A stretch of DNA of 64,000 bases from Octopus vulgaris (taxonomy: Eukaryota), in the NCBI GenBank assembly GCA_951406725.2, contig OX597823.1:68572001-68636000 (forward strand), read 5' to 3'. Within the stretch, counting starts at the first letter, position 1; the number at the start of each line of letters is the position of its first letter. This document shows, piece after piece, positions 1 through 13,699 of this stretch. Under the pieces are notes generated by a model, which saw only the letters and a program-made list of their open reading frames with translations, had not been told where the DNA came from and did no database searches. The translations under genes and the position numbers were made by a program.

Positions 1-165
1 AAAGCTCTTATCACTCCATAACCATCTTAGAAATTTGCATAGAAATATCTGTAAGTGAATTTCAAGGATATCTTCTGATCAAGAGATGTTTAATCATGCA
101 GCTGAATCATATAATGAGTCTTTAAGCAGAAGTGGCTTTATTGATGAGATGCAATACATATCCAG
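1..165 (+). mobile_element. Penelope-like element, degenerate RT C-terminal fragment
   Basis: Manual translation with one frameshift and one stop: SSYHSITIL/RNLHRNICK*ISRISSDQEMFNHAAESYNESLSRSGF. This parallels the Penelope-like segment at 57820-58056 (KWISNLSSSQDIFDTTVPYYNEVL). Confidence 0.65.
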
Positions 166-1422
166 ACAAAAAATGTTAAAAATTAACAACTGCAGCAAGA
201 AGTTTTAACTTACTTTTCAGTCTGAAGGTTAATTCTAATATTGCCTAATCCTTTTCTAAATTCAATTAGTAATCAATTACCTTGTGATATTAGACAGAAA
301 AACTATACATCCTCACCAATCCATATTTAAATAAAGATAAACTTATGCCGATAATACGCACATAGTGTCATAACAATGGCAATATGGAAAAGTGAATGTT
401 AAGAGATAATGATACATACACAGTATAATCAATACATACACACATAAAAGTTCTTAGAATTATACATTTAAGCACATTCACACTTATGAATATGAAACAC
501 GAAACAAATATGAACATGCAATTTGATGGTCTTAGTCATGTATATTTATCTTGATAGGCAAACATAATGATAAATATATGAAGCCTTTGGAAAAACACAT
601 TTACATATGTACCTGCATAGTTATTTATGATACACAAATACATGCCTGCATAAAAACAAATGAAAAATATAAAGATATCCTCACATCAACAAGCATATAG
701 CTAAAAATATGCATACAAATATATAGTAGTGCGTATTTACACAAGATGTAACTTATATAAAAATGCAGGTATACCTGGATAGTACAAAGTATTATCTATA
801 GATCTATGCAATGTGTTACATAGATCTGTGTAATGGTTTATTGATGTGTTTTTTATATTTATATCTTATAATGGTACAGATAGTATTGTCACTGATGATT
901 TTCAGGTTTGATGAGGTGCAAAAGACATTGGAGTGACATATGTAGAACTGGTATGGATGAGTCAGATATAGTTTATGGTACATTTTGTATACAATAAGAG
1001 AACTATGTAAATGCTCAACCCACTTACTATAGCAACCAAACTTCCTTAATATATTTTTTGCTTTTGGTTTCGAAATACAAAAATATTAAGCTTTAGAAAC
1101 ATATTCTTATTAGCACTCTACTGTATCATATACCCACCATGACACTTCATAAACTGCAATTAGCCATTGTACAACAAAAAGATAGCTTTATTTTTGTTTA
1201 ATTTCAGTATAGGATGGTAGCATAGCAAGCAAGAGGTGTCAACAATCTTTACTAAACAAAATCTTAGACTGCAACAAAAAACATTACTTACAATAACAAA
1301 ATGCTATGAAGTTGTTAGTAAAGTTAACAATTGATGACATAGGACAATAATAAATTGTGAAATAATTTCTTCAAAATATTTCCTCATAATATTGTATATA
1401 ATATAGTTACTTCAACAGTCAG

Positions 1423-1790
1423 CATCATCATTGTTTAACGTCTGTCTTCCATGTATGCATGGGTAGAATGGTTGACAGGAGATGGCCTGGTCGAAGACTA
1501 CACCTGGCTACTGTGTCTGTTTTGGCAGGGTTTTTATGGCTGGATACCCTTCCTAACACCAACCTCTCCGCAGAGTGGACTGAGTGCTTTTTATGTGGCA
1601 CCAGCACAGGTGAGGTCAGTTTTGGCATGATTTTTACAGCTGGATGCCCTTCCAAATACCAAACACTTTACAGTGTAGACTGGATGTATTTCACATGGTC
1701 CCAACACTGGCTGGGTCACCAAGTAGTTTTTAAGACAAAGAATTTTGAGAAGGGAGGGGGATTTGAAGAGGGGATCATGGTCAGATGATG
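1423..1790 (-). mobile_element. RTE LINE 3'UTR/tail-derived repeat
   Basis: catcatcattgtttaacgtctg...tggctggatacccttcctaacaccaacc...gtgctttttatgtggcacc matches the 3' end of the RTE at 59778-59980. The ggctggat(a/g)cccttcc motif occurs twice. Confidence 0.75.
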
Positions 1791-2195
1791 AGGTTAGAGT
1801 GTGACAAGGAGACAGAAACAGGTGTCTTGCTATAGAGGAGGGGGCATTGGAGGAGGAGATCCAGTGTCAGATGATAAAAGGTTAGAGTGTGACAGAGAAA
1901 GAGGGAGGTAGAAACAGGTGTCTTGCTGTAGAGGAGGTATATGGTTACCTGGCCAAAGAGAGAGGAGAGAGTGAGAGAGAGAAGAGAGGGAGAGGAAGAG
2001 AGAGGGAAGGGCAAGAGGGGGAGAGAGGTACAAGAAAGAGGACAGAAACAGGTGCGCTGATGTAAAGGAGATAATTAGCGAAAGGGAAAAGCAAGGGCAG
2101 GAGAGAGAATGATCGAGAATGAGGGTAGAAACAGGTGTACTGCTGTAGAGGAGATACATGGTTACCCAGCCAGGGGGAAGAGCAAGAGGGAACAA
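1790..2195. repeat. Purine-rich degenerate tandem repeat
   Basis: Motif agaaacaggtgtcttgctgtagaggag recurs near 1814, 1909, 2044 and 2126. Confidence 0.7.
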
Positions 2196-2541
2196 TCTGA
2201 TACAGAATCTAAAACAGAAATTTATCGATCATATTGACAAAGTCATTCTTGCGATATTCTTAGAATAAAAATAAATATTTTCTAAGCCCTGATAGATTCT
2301 TGAGATCTGGTAATTAGCTCTAGTTTTATTGAACGAAGCCTATAGATCGAATGTCAATTTATCCCAACTATTCCCAGACGATACGATACTTACTCTTCAA
2401 ACCTAGGTGCACTGAAGCAATGAAAAATATAGCATTTTTACTCAGATACACATTGAAATATTTGCAGTTGATGTGAACTCACTATTTCTGAGCAGTTAAC
2501 CTGATACATTTCTAAAATCAAAATCTAATAAAGTAACTTAC

Positions 2542-2606
2542 TTGATATTGTTATATGGACTCCCCAAAATAATAACCTGTTCTATTATAAAAGCATCCTG
2601 CCAGCT
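2542..2606 (-). CDS. Candidate internal exon of an unidentified host gene (SWQDAFIIEQVIILGSPYNNI)
   Basis: Minus-strand acceptor tttcttttgtatactttgtatcacattgacatag and consensus donor CAA|gtaagt. 65 nt, with only one open frame. Confidence 0.35.
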
Positions 2607-3261
2607 CTATGTCAATGTGATACAAAGTATACAAAAGAAAAGCAACAACTATGAACAATTCATGAAAGGTTTTATTGTATGAAGGATTGAATGTCAATCT
2701 ATCCAAAATATAATTCCCAGATGATATGGGACTTTTTCCCAAATGTTAGATCCACTGAGGCAGGCAATAAACTAAAGCATTTTCAACTAGATATACATTG
2801 AACTACTGTATCTAAAAGACACATACAAATTTATATATTTATTATCAGAGTTCCAATGTATGTGCCAACTAGCCCATATCAAAAGATGAATGAATTTGAA
2901 TTCTCTGAAAGTGAATACTACTCCAAGATACACAAACTTCAAATAAACATTGGAGTTGTAAAGATGAGGGTCTCAAAAACCTTCATGAAACTTAGGGGCA
3001 ATGTACATCCTTCATTTAACTTTCTATTCTATAACATAACTCCATAATATATGACATCTATGCTAACAGATGACCAATTTTAGATTGTATAAATCAAACC
3101 TAGTAAAAAATGTGTATGATGCACAGATTGAAACTCATATATGCATGTAAGCATCTTTAATGTTACTCATAGGACTACACAATATATTAATCTGTTCAAT
3201 ATCTTTTAGTCTGTAACTAAAAGGTTTTCAGGATATCGTCTACTCTGCTCCACCCCACTTC

Positions 3262-3264
<3 letters not shown>

Positions 3265-3308
<44 letters not shown>
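3265..3308. repeat. (CA)n microsatellite
   Basis: Direct reading. Confidence 0.95.
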
Positions 3309-3310
<2 letters not shown>

Positions 3311-3608
3311 CATTTTGTGAAACTCTTCATTGAAAAATCAAGGAAATCACATATCAAAATAAAAAGACTCATTATTAAAATAGCATGCATTTTCTGTAAG
3401 GTCAATATCTTCAATAAAAGTGTATTTGTATGCGTGTTTGTTTCCAGATGTAAATAAAAAAATGAATAGAATTTAAGTGCAATATAGTTAGAAACTCTCT
3501 ATCAACATGCAGAGTTGCACCTCACTGTGTAGAAACTGAATATAAATCCATTTAATAGAATGTGAGATATTAGATTAAATACCATGCTTTTAGTAAGGAG
3601 CTTTATCC

Positions 3609-3611
<3 letters not shown>

Positions 3612-3641
<30 letters not shown>
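3612..3641. repeat. (GA)n microsatellite
   Basis: Direct reading. Confidence 0.95.
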
Positions 3642-3645
<4 letters not shown>

Positions 3646-4795
3646 GTGTATTTTTCTGGAAATATACCATTTCAGACAATTCAGTTTTAAGATTTGTAAA
3701 GCATTCAGCCACATCCTTGCAAAGACTGTTTTATAACAAATTACTTTCTTTCTTAATCATTGTGTTCTTTATAGTGCAATGTTTAACTTGAATTCTGTGA
3801 AAGGTAAAGAGAGAGAAAAATAACATTAACATGATTAGAAACAATCCTTTCATTCAGAAATTCTCTTGAAAGACATTTTTTGAGAAATAATATAACAGTT
3901 TCCATGGCTAGAAATCAATACTAATGATCAATCCCACTTCCTAACAAATGTTATATTTCGTTGATTTTTCTTATTCAAAACTCAATTGATATTTTACCTT
4001 TTTTATTGCTATTGTTGAAGAAATAATTTATGTGTGGTTATTTTTCATACAATGACATTTTTACACTATCTTTTTACTTTTTGTTGTTGTTGTTTATAGA
4101 GGAACTGAAAGAATCAGTAGTAATATTTTTAAAAAAAATCATTTCCTTCATATTATCAACTAATTCAATGAATACAAATGCTGCAGAACTGTTTTCAACA
4201 ATAGGCATGTATAAAATAAAGTGCAATAAAATAATAACAGATTGAGTTATCATTCAGACTGGAAATATCATTAAGATGATATTCAAGTTGGTATAAGTGT
4301 TTCTCCATTGCAGGGGAACTTGAGTTATCAGTCATTGGGCTAGTGTAAACCTGAACTGAAGTAGAGAAAGCACAAGGAATGCTTAAGGAAGCCACTCATA
4401 GAATACACTAAAATATGATGAGCCTATGTAGAGACCCAATGCAGTCACTTAAATTGCTTAAAACAGCAAACAAATCAAAACTCAAAATATTAAAATTAGA
4501 AGGACACACTGGAATATTTTGTCTGAGATATACACAACTAAATGGTGAAAGCTAGAATGACTTTCATAATAGTTCTACTTGACATGGCAAACATTAGGTT
4601 CAACAACAACAACAACCAAAATAAGAACCAGTAAGGATGTCGCTGTATGGTTCTCAACTTACTAAAAATAGCAACCAAATATCCTTTAAGCTATATCCAT
4701 ATTTTAATAAAGAAGAATGTATAGAGGATAATGTAGTCAAAGACAATATTCTGGAAAATAAGAGGGTCATTGCTGAAATTCTTTTTATCAATATA

Positions 4796-5210
4796 AGCGC
4801 AGGAGTGGCTGTGTGGTAAGTAGCTTGCTTACAAACCTCATGGTTCCGGGTTCAGTCCCACTGCGTGGCACCTTGGGCAAGTGTCTTCTGCTATAGCCCT
4901 GAGTCGACTAATGCCTTGTGAGTGGATTTGGTAGATGGAAACTGAAAGCCTGTCATAAATATGTATATATATACATATATATGTATGTGTGTGTATATGT
5001 TTGTGTGTCTGTGTTTGTCCCCCTAGCATTGCTTGACAACCGATGCTGGTGTGTTTACGTCCCCGTCACTTAGTGGTTCAGCAAAAGAGAGTGATAGAAT
5101 AAGTACTGGGCTTACAAAGAATAAGTCCCGGGGTCAATTTGCTCGACTAAAGGTGGTGCTCCAGCATGGCCGCAGTCAAATGACTGAAACAAGTAAAAGA
5201 GTAAAAGAGT
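4796..5210 (+). mobile_element. Full-length tRNA-derived SINE with CORE-like domain (family A)
   Basis: A-box-like tggctgtgtgg, B-box ggttcagtccc, CORE-like caccttgggcaagtg, central (AT/GT)n tract and tail caaatgactgaaacaagtaaaagagtaaaaga. Many copies in the window. Confidence 0.9.
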
Positions 5211-6099
5211 AATGGTTTGGTGAGTCAGAGCCAACCTGGGACCAAACCACAACAAACAAAATACTCAGTTGTGTATCATTTACTGGAGGAGAGGATAAGA
5301 GGACTTTTCAATAAATCAATTCAAGTTTTTTCTTAAATATTTATCTTCACTCTTGTTATTCTGTTATATTTGATTTAATAATTTATTGACACCAAACAAC
5401 TTAATAACTTATTGACACTGAAAAAATTAATATAAGTATGAAACATTGATTTCTTCCTTCAGCATAGCTCTGAATGTTGTAATGGATAGAAAAGCCAATT
5501 GAATTAATCTCAGTATTTGCTAGTATCTACTACAAAGTAATGAAAGACAAAGTCAATTATAGTGAGATGTGATTTCAGAATGTTGACAGATGGGGCTGAA
5601 TACAATAAATCATTCAGTGCAGTACCTCACCAATTCTGCCAAATATCTATCAAATATGGGAATAAAGTACTAATTATAGATTATGTCTATATCAATATAT
5701 ATATGTGTATAATATTAAACTGTATGAACTGTATTAGTTATCTATTTAATTAATTGGGTTTTGTGAAGGAAGGTGTCACTCTCCAATTACTGGTCTAAGA
5801 ATACAATTGTAAACTGCTATAAGGACAAATGAGAGTCACTGGTAAAAGTTACATTGGCTGCACACTAATATATTTAGATATGAAAGTCTTTATACATTAG
5901 TATGATACATAAATGTAGCAAAATTAATACAGAGTTGGGTTAGCTTGAATAAGATGACCTTTAGATATCAAATTGTTTCACTTGAAGTGAAGATGAGATC
6001 TTAGCTAAGAACAAATAACCATGTTTTACATTCATTTGATATTGAAAGACCTTTAACAGGGCTACTCATCCTATTCTGTGTTAATGTGTTGTTATGTTG

Positions 6100-7000
6100 T
6101 AGTAACTGTCCAGTAAGGCAGTATGAGATGCCTTTCAATCCCCTTAATATATCTTCTTCCTGTAATTTCTGATTATAATCAAATTTAAAGAGGCATGAAC
6201 TTTTCTTTAGTACTCTACATAAAGTAGACACCTTTGCAATTCATTAAGATTTGTAAGTTTAAATGGCCAAATCAACAGGGTATTGAGTAAACCAGTACAG
6301 CTTCTATACAAACAGACTCACTTGCAATTAACTCTCTTCAGTCACCCACTGGAGGGGTCTTGCCTTAGAGAAATTTGATAAAAGCAATACTGTTGCTCTA
6401 AATATCAGCAAAGCTTGCAACCATGTTTTACATGTAAATCACCTATTGAAATTGTCCACCTTTAGAATATAACCTTGTCACATCGTTTTGAAGCAGTTCT
6501 TCTGATCAGATCATATCATATCATCATGATGTCTGCTGATACAGTTATTTATGCCTCACTTTCAATCAACTCTGATGTTTGGTTTTAAGCCTCACACTCT
6601 TCTATGTGTATATCATTGACATATTTGCAGTCATGTCAAATAATACACACTTTTATGCAGATGATACAACCGTGCATCAATCTAGGCACTATATTCCAAA
6701 TTTGCATGGATTCCATGAATAGAGACCTAAAAAGCAGTCTCCAGAAGGCTCATGCCAATCTCATCCCTTTTCACAACAAAAAAAAGTAAGAACAAAAAAC
6801 ATCATTACATAACAAAAGCCTTCAAATGTTAATCTGTGTTATCACTGAAGATGTCTCCTAGGGAAAGCATGTCCTTAACATAGAACTGAATTCCAACAAC
6901 AGCTCCTTTTCTTCAAGGTCAGGAAATATTTCAGTGCCCAACAATTGCTGACACTATAAATATATTGGTCTTCCTTGCTATGGTGATGCAGAGCCTGATC
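6100..7000 (+). mobile_element. Degenerate Jockey/CR1-like LINE reverse transcriptase fragment
   Basis: Translated remnants NQYSFYTNRLT, VALNISKACNHVLH (cf. ALDISKAFDRVWH) and HFYADDTTVH at ~6648-6677. Confidence 0.65.
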
Positions 7001-9449
7001 TCAGCATGAATTTGAAAGCAGGTTTGCAACATCATATTACTTCAAATATCCACCATCAGTTGATTATCTTACTCAACTCTGAAGGATCCTACAATATTAT
7101 ATTTGCATCTGTTATTATGTGTGCATATCAAAATATAACAGTTACTACTGACCGTTTCACAAAAGTATTTCAGTGCTGGATGGAAAATCAATGGCTTGCA
7201 CTCAAACACTGAAGCTGTACTGTCACTAAAATGTAGCTCAGTCAGTCTAGCTATAAACTTTGATTTGAAATCAGTTTATACACCCATCTCTCTGGAAAGT
7301 TATTGCCATCTATACATTGCTTGCTACAGCATCACAGTATGATTAATGAGAATGAGGAAGATATCTTATTGTTCCTTTCTATTAAAGTATACCAGTAACT
7401 ATTAATATAAACATGTATATTTACATACAAAACTAAAGCATTTTTCATTCAAGTGACTCCTTTTGTATATAAAAAAAAGGTAAACATTTTCTTTAGATCT
7501 CTTTCAAAGTTTGGAAAATTGTATTAATTTTGAAAAATGGTGAATTATAAAAATTTTATCAGCAATTGCAATTTTTTTTACTATTAAGTACTTGTTTTGA
7601 GATAAAGAAGCAAATACATACTGAAAATATATAACTGAAGCACAAAAGTGGGGGTGGGGTGCATATGAAAATATTTAATCCATTCTGTGTTTGCAATTTT
7701 ATATTGTTCCAGTATATTAGAAAAGTTAGGAACCTCTCCAAAAATATATATTCTGACAACTTTTACTTGAAACTTTGGAATCTATTTTCTGAACTATAAA
7801 AATAATGACAATATACCAATAATATGTTTTGATGCCACAATTTCTTACATTGAATCATTTTTTTTTAAGGATACTTTTAAGAAATTTTTCTAGCTGCATG
7901 TTTTGCTATAAGTTCTTCTCAAAAATCAAAATGTATTATAACTTTATTCCCTGTAAAACTAAGTGTATATCTGATTTAGGATGAAAACCTATTCTTGCAA
8001 TGAAGATTGTTTTCAGTTAAGCTTAAGTTAATGAGACTATGATATAAACTGAATTCTCAAAATTTGAAGTTTTCTTCAAATCTCTTTACATACTCTCAGT
8101 TATACACCTCATAATGTATAATGAAATGAAACTAATCTCTGCAACTGAGCTATGTGTATTTAATCTAAAAAACAGATTTCCTCGTACACAATGAAGTGTA
8201 ATGCAAATTTCATTCCAATTGCTTTATGTTAAAGCAGTCTAGAGAAATTGCAGGTAATATCTTACAATGAGAGATGCTACAATACTAGCCTCAAAGAAAA
8301 GATGGCAAAAAACCCAATAAGGGACTTTTCTAATACATGTCAGTATAGGAAAATAAACATTAAGCATTGATAAAGAGGATGATGGTGGTAAACAGAATCC
8401 TTTGTATATAACAGGCTGTGTAAAAAAGGAATATGTTTAAATTTTGTATTACAAAACTAAAATATGTTGGATTTCAGGAATGTCAAAGTCTAAATCAGTA
8501 AATTGCTTAGATACTAACATGGGATCACACACTTTTATCAACATGGGTTATAAGTCAAAACAATTTTAATGACAGGCCTAATTATGTTTCTGCACAATAG
8601 ACTAAATATTTTATGTGTTCTAATGTATTAGATAATTTAGAGCACTCATTTTATGTTACTTCTGGAATATGAAACAAAGTAACAATTACAACCATTTCCG
8701 AATGGGGTGTGATTTGAGGGAGATTAAGCTGCCAATTCTAATGGGTCAAGGAAGCCTCCAGGCAAATCCCAGTTTACTGCTGTTGAATAATTTTACTTTT
8801 TGTCTAGATACAATGAAAATGTATGAGGTATATTTAATTAAATTTTCTCTAGTGTGGAACTGGTACTTATTCTTTTTACTTATGATAGATAAATAACAAA
8901 GGCAGTAATGATAATGACTCAAAGTCCATGTAACAAGGTTCAAAATTAGATGTATTAACTAATGAATTTTGACCATAGTTTTGCTATTATTTCAGTACAA
9001 AGAACTCTGTGTTGCCTGGTTATTGAATACATAGAAATAGTTCTTTTGTTTGTTAAATTAAATCTCTTAACTAATTGTAAGTCTTTACATAATTCTTTTA
9101 GTGTCTAATTAAATTTGCATATACATTATCTAAAATGTAATATTTAAAAGACTGATAGATACAGAATAATACATGAAATATTTTATAAATATAAAATTCA
9201 AATATGAAACAATTAAAGAAAACATTATTATTTAAATTTCATGATATTTAGAAGTGTATCCTAACTTTTTGAAGATATTATTTTTAATTCTTAACATTCT
9301 GTTGGTAATTTTCGAAGTCAAATACTCAGTCCTATAATAATTGAGAAGAAAATACTTAAAACTTTGAAAGGGTTAGTTTATTGAAATGATAACAAGATAT
9401 TTATATATTTCAAGATTATCATAAAAGTACATTATTAATACAGAAAAGA

Positions 9450-9650
9450 TTAAGGTGGTGAGCTGAAAGAATCATTAACATGCCAGGTGACATGCTTAGT
9501 GGCATTTCATCTGTTTTTATGTACTGAGTTGGCTTAACTTGTCGCCCTTTTGGGGTTGATAAAATAAGTACCAGTTGAGCACTAGGGTAAATGTAATTCA
9601 CTTACTCCTTCGCTGAACTTGGTTTTGTGCCAAAATTTGAAATCATTATT
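9450..9650 (+). mobile_element. SINE family B (Deu/Nin-like domain)
   Basis: aaggtggtgagctgaaagaatc...ggggttgataaaataagtaccagttgagcact...gtgccaaaatttgaaa. Related copies at 30560-30772, 38470-38680 and 49420-49640. Confidence 0.75.
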
Positions 9651-12579
9651 ACAGGAAAGATTTAGTTTTTCTTTTTACCGTATACAGTTATCTTTACAAG
9701 AAGTAATGTAGTGCATGTGTGAATGCTAAATCATCATATGATAATAACTAGACAAATAAAACAAGATAAACACAAAGAAAGCAATGTGAAGATGTTAATA
9801 ATATAATTGGTACAGCTGAGGGGTATCTACTACTACTACTACTACTACTACAGAGACACACACACATATTTGGTCATATAGGACTTCTTGTTTCAGTGGG
9901 AGAAGGGCTGATCAGTCCAAAGTCTTACACAAATCAAAACACAAATATGAATCTCAAACAGAAAGTTTTTCATCAAATGACAGCATACAGAACAAATATC
10001 ATATGAAACTCAAAAAAATATCCTTTCAATTATTGTCCAACATTTTGCCAACAGACATTAGCATGTTTTTGCTTGATATTTAATATTGCTACAATACTTT
10101 GTCACATTTGGTCTATCATTATTTGTCTGAAGCTACAGAAGAAGTACTCCATAGAAACATGATACAGCTGAAATGATTGCCAAGATACCAGTAATTTATT
10201 TGAAGACTGACAGTAAATCCTGATTGATATTACTATAGAGTTCAGAGTGAGTATGTTTGGCTATCCCCTGAAATTATACACTCATTGCTACATCAAAGAC
10301 AAAATATCATTCTTCGAAAGTTCTGGGATCTTCTGCAATGAATGAACATAGAATGGAATGTAACAAGAAAGTTAACTCAAAGAAATAAGAGCATTGGCTT
10401 AATCCCTACTCCTGCAGAAAAAAAAGGCAGGAAAAAATTGAAGTAAATTGTCCATAAAGAATTTTGGTAGACTGTTGAACAGAAATTAATTTACTGTCAT
10501 TGCTAATTTGTTGATCTCTTTTGCTTTCTTTGTACAATATTTTTCTTTTTGCTTTGCCCAAATATTCACTACTGTATCATTCAAATTTGGAATACAGTTG
10601 TCTCCAATTCCCACTTTTATATTCCTATATATATACTTTTATTACAACTGACTGATGAATGGTCATGTGAAATTCTGAGTAACTATTTGTGAAGATTTTT
10701 TTGACATTAATAAAAGCATATTACTCTATCATTGGTATTCAAACACAAATTTTTTCCACTTTGATTTGCATTTATGCCTTTATTCATGCATATCTGTGTT
10801 TGTGTGTGTGTGTGTGTGTGTAGTCATATAAGTCAATGGGGGTCAACTGTATCCCAAATATATACAGACTAGAATATAGAGGCAACACACATGAGAAAAG
10901 TAAATCATTCACAGTGTAAAATTATAGAGAAACTACTCAAAGGAAACCAAAAGCAATGGGAAAAATTTTTATGTCAAAATATAATTTCAAATATTTGAAA
11001 ACAACTAATGAAAGTTATGCTTCTTCATAATTTTTTTGTGTCATAATTTCATTGTGTCCAATGTTATAAGAACCTCAAAATTAGCTTTGAGAATTTAATT
11101 AAGTGTTGCATGTGAATTAAAATACCTTAAGGGGGTTTTATAGCATTTAATTCTATTTCAAATTATTACAATAATTAAAATTAAACTATTCATTGCAGTG
11201 TTCTTTATTAGAAGTAGATTTTAAGAGAGAGTAGGGAACAAAATTACAAAGAAACAATCTTAATATTACAAGCTATATAATGAAGGAAATTGCATATGAA
11301 AGATGTTAGTAAATTGTTTCATACATCCGTCCATACTGGTTACATTGTTTCTTTGAAGTAGAAAAAGTAGTATTAAAAGAAGAATAAAAACAGCCATAAA
11401 AGCACAATATCTTCTTTTGAAGAATAACATATCTGAAAGTGCTTTTTGTTTGACATATTAAATAGTTGCACTTTGTAATAGCAATATTATACCCAAAAGA
11501 AATTTATATAGTTCAAGATGGGAAACCAAATGCAATATTTTCTCGTAAATATGCAGTCTCTATTTTTATGTTAGATATCTATTTATTCTCTACATGTTTA
11601 TTTCATTACTATTCTCTTTAGAAACGCATACATTTCATCATTTTCTAGGGAATGGCATTAGGAGGTAAATAAAAAATAAATTATGGCCAACCAAAAAATA
11701 TAAAAGTATATATTCTGGAAATGTAAACACACCTTTTAATAAACCATGAATAAAAATAGACATTATTTTTTAATGGGATGCTATCCATGTAGGAAGTCAT
11801 TGTATTCAGAATAATGTTAACTTATAAGGAAGCCGACAGCCTAAAATAATGAAGAATTAGTTTTTCACTTGTTTGTTTCATTATTAGATTGAAAATCTTT
11901 TGTAAAGGATTCACGTACATCCCCATGCTTGCTATTAATTTTCTATATAAACAATTAGAATTTTCTTTCAAACTTTAAAATGCAGTCCAGATACTTTCAT
12001 TACAAAGATATATCAATCTTAAATTACTAGATCTGATCTTCCCTACTTCAGTTTAAATTAGTATTTCAAAACATATTTTCCATATCTCCTTATTTTAACA
12101 AATGACATGAACATGGCATATATTAAAGTAATAGTCTAAGATCAGTAATAATATTGTTTTTATGCTTTTTTCTTCAAAATGTTGAAGGCTCTTTATATAT
12201 AATTTGAGAAGTAGGCTGTTGCACACAAGATATCACATGCAATCAACAATAAGATAATAAGAACTAGATTTGGACCCACTGACATGGAAAACTGAGACAA
12301 TTGGTAAACACTGGTCTGAAGCTGAGTACTAAAGTAGTTTCTCCAGACACAAATCACTATAAATTGAACTATTTGTTTTATAAAGGCTATAGTTGTTCAC
12401 AATAGTAAGTTACTGTTCCTACTCTGCAGTAACTATTTTCAGTGTAGTGGACTAAGTGAAGTATTATGACTATATATCTATTAGTCAGTCTGTCTGATGG
12501 TCTGTCTACCTATTTACCTGCCTGCATGCCTGCCTGCCTGCCTATCTATCTATATATATATATGCATATGTATTGTCAA

Positions 12580-13030
12580 TGTATCGTATATCCAAAAAAG
12601 AAGCACACTTTAAAATACAGAGCAGTAAAGTATTAAAGTAATAAAGTTAATGTCTGGTCATAGAGTGAGCAATGGTTTAGTATTCACAAAGGCTGTAGCT
12701 TTGTGGACGATTCATCAGACTCTAGTCTGAAGCCAAGATTAACTCTTCACCTCTTGGAGGTAGAAAGCCATTATAGTGATTGGTCAATTTGTCATCAGAG
12801 AATAAAAAGTTTGGTGTTAGTGAGAACAGGTTATCTCCCCTAGACGAGCTATTTCTGAACCTGGAGAGGGAAATAAGGGATCTATCTCTTAGGCTGTTAT
12901 TGGATTGTAAGGTCTCTTCCAGGTTTAGTCAGTGAACAGGGAATCCCATACTTGCAGCAGGTAGTGTTTGAAATGGAGGCATGGTGTGAAAATTTTTTGG
13001 TGAGCATTCAGTGACCCAGGTCTCAGGGAA
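12580..13030 (-). mobile_element. Penelope-like 3' terminal (pLTR) fragment, inverted relative to 13050-13460
   Basis: The reverse complement of 12630-12925 aligns with 13215-13460. It contains a hammerhead remnant (12661-12724) and shares ggggagataac..ctca(c/t)taaca with the 3' end of the 56366-58060 element. Confidence 0.7.
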
Positions 13031-13049
13031 TCTTTAAGTACCCTAGCTC

Positions 13050-13460
13050 ACTCAGCTAAGAAGAGCATATGCTTGTGCTTCAGGGTTCCAGAAAGATTAT
13101 TTGTCTCATCACTGGCCAGCAATTTTTAGCATCTCAAAAATGAAGAGGCCCCATATGATATCAAGCGGAAGATCTTAAAACAGCCTGGACTCTACATCAG
13201 TGAGAGCATACAGCTAAGCCCAGAAGAGTCCTTATGACCCAATAAAAGCCCAAGAGATAGATCTCTCATTCCTCACTCCAGGAGCAGGACCTCTTCATCT
13301 TTGATGACCAATTGACTAACGACCATAACCACTTTCTATCTCCCAGAGGTGAAGTGTTAGTTTTGTCTTCACACTAGAGTCTAATGAGTTGTCCACAAAG
13401 CCTTCAAGGGTACGAAACTGTAGGCCACTATGACCAGACATTCATTTTATTACTTTAAAA
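13050..13460 (+). mobile_element. Penelope-like element 3' end (GIY-YIG C-terminus plus pLTR)
   Basis: Translates FRVPERLFVSSLASNF*HLKNEEAPYDIKRKILKQPGLYI, homologous to FRVPERCLVMSLASHVWHLKDQGTPCDIKWEIIDHPGPYI at ~56730-56860. Confidence 0.8.
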
Positions 13461-13469
13461 ATATATGCT

Positions 13470-13646
13470 TGTCGCCAGTGGCACATAAAAGGACCCACTA
13501 CACTCTCAGAGTGGTTGGCGTTAGGAAGGGCATCCAGCTGTAGAAACTCTGCCAGATCAGATTGGAGTCTGGTGTAGCCGTCTGGTTTGCCAGTCCTCAG
13601 TCAAACTGTCCAACCCATGCCAGCATGGAAAGTGGACGTTAAACGA
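13470..13646 (+). mobile_element. RTE LINE 3' tail fragment
   Basis: gtggcacataaaa...ggttggcgttaggaagggcatccagctgtagaaactctgccagatcagattggag...catgccagcatggaaagtggacgttaaacg matches the reverse complement of 59800-59975. Confidence 0.85.
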
Positions 13647-13699
13647 AACAAAATATATATATATATACATACATATATATGTATTATATATGTATCTAT

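Noticed and set aside
885-940. CTGATGA with tgtca/tgaca flanks, a possible hammerhead of the 1-165 Penelope fragment
   Set aside because: No GAAA in position and no NUH triplet; too decayed to call.
4195-4395. Minus-strand ORF with a strong splice acceptor
   Set aside because: No convincing donor and no recognisable peptide.
4796-4870. tRNA gene-like sequences (also at 52348 and 41540-41607)
   Set aside because: These are SINE heads with A/B boxes but no complete cloverleaf, and they continue into SINE bodies.
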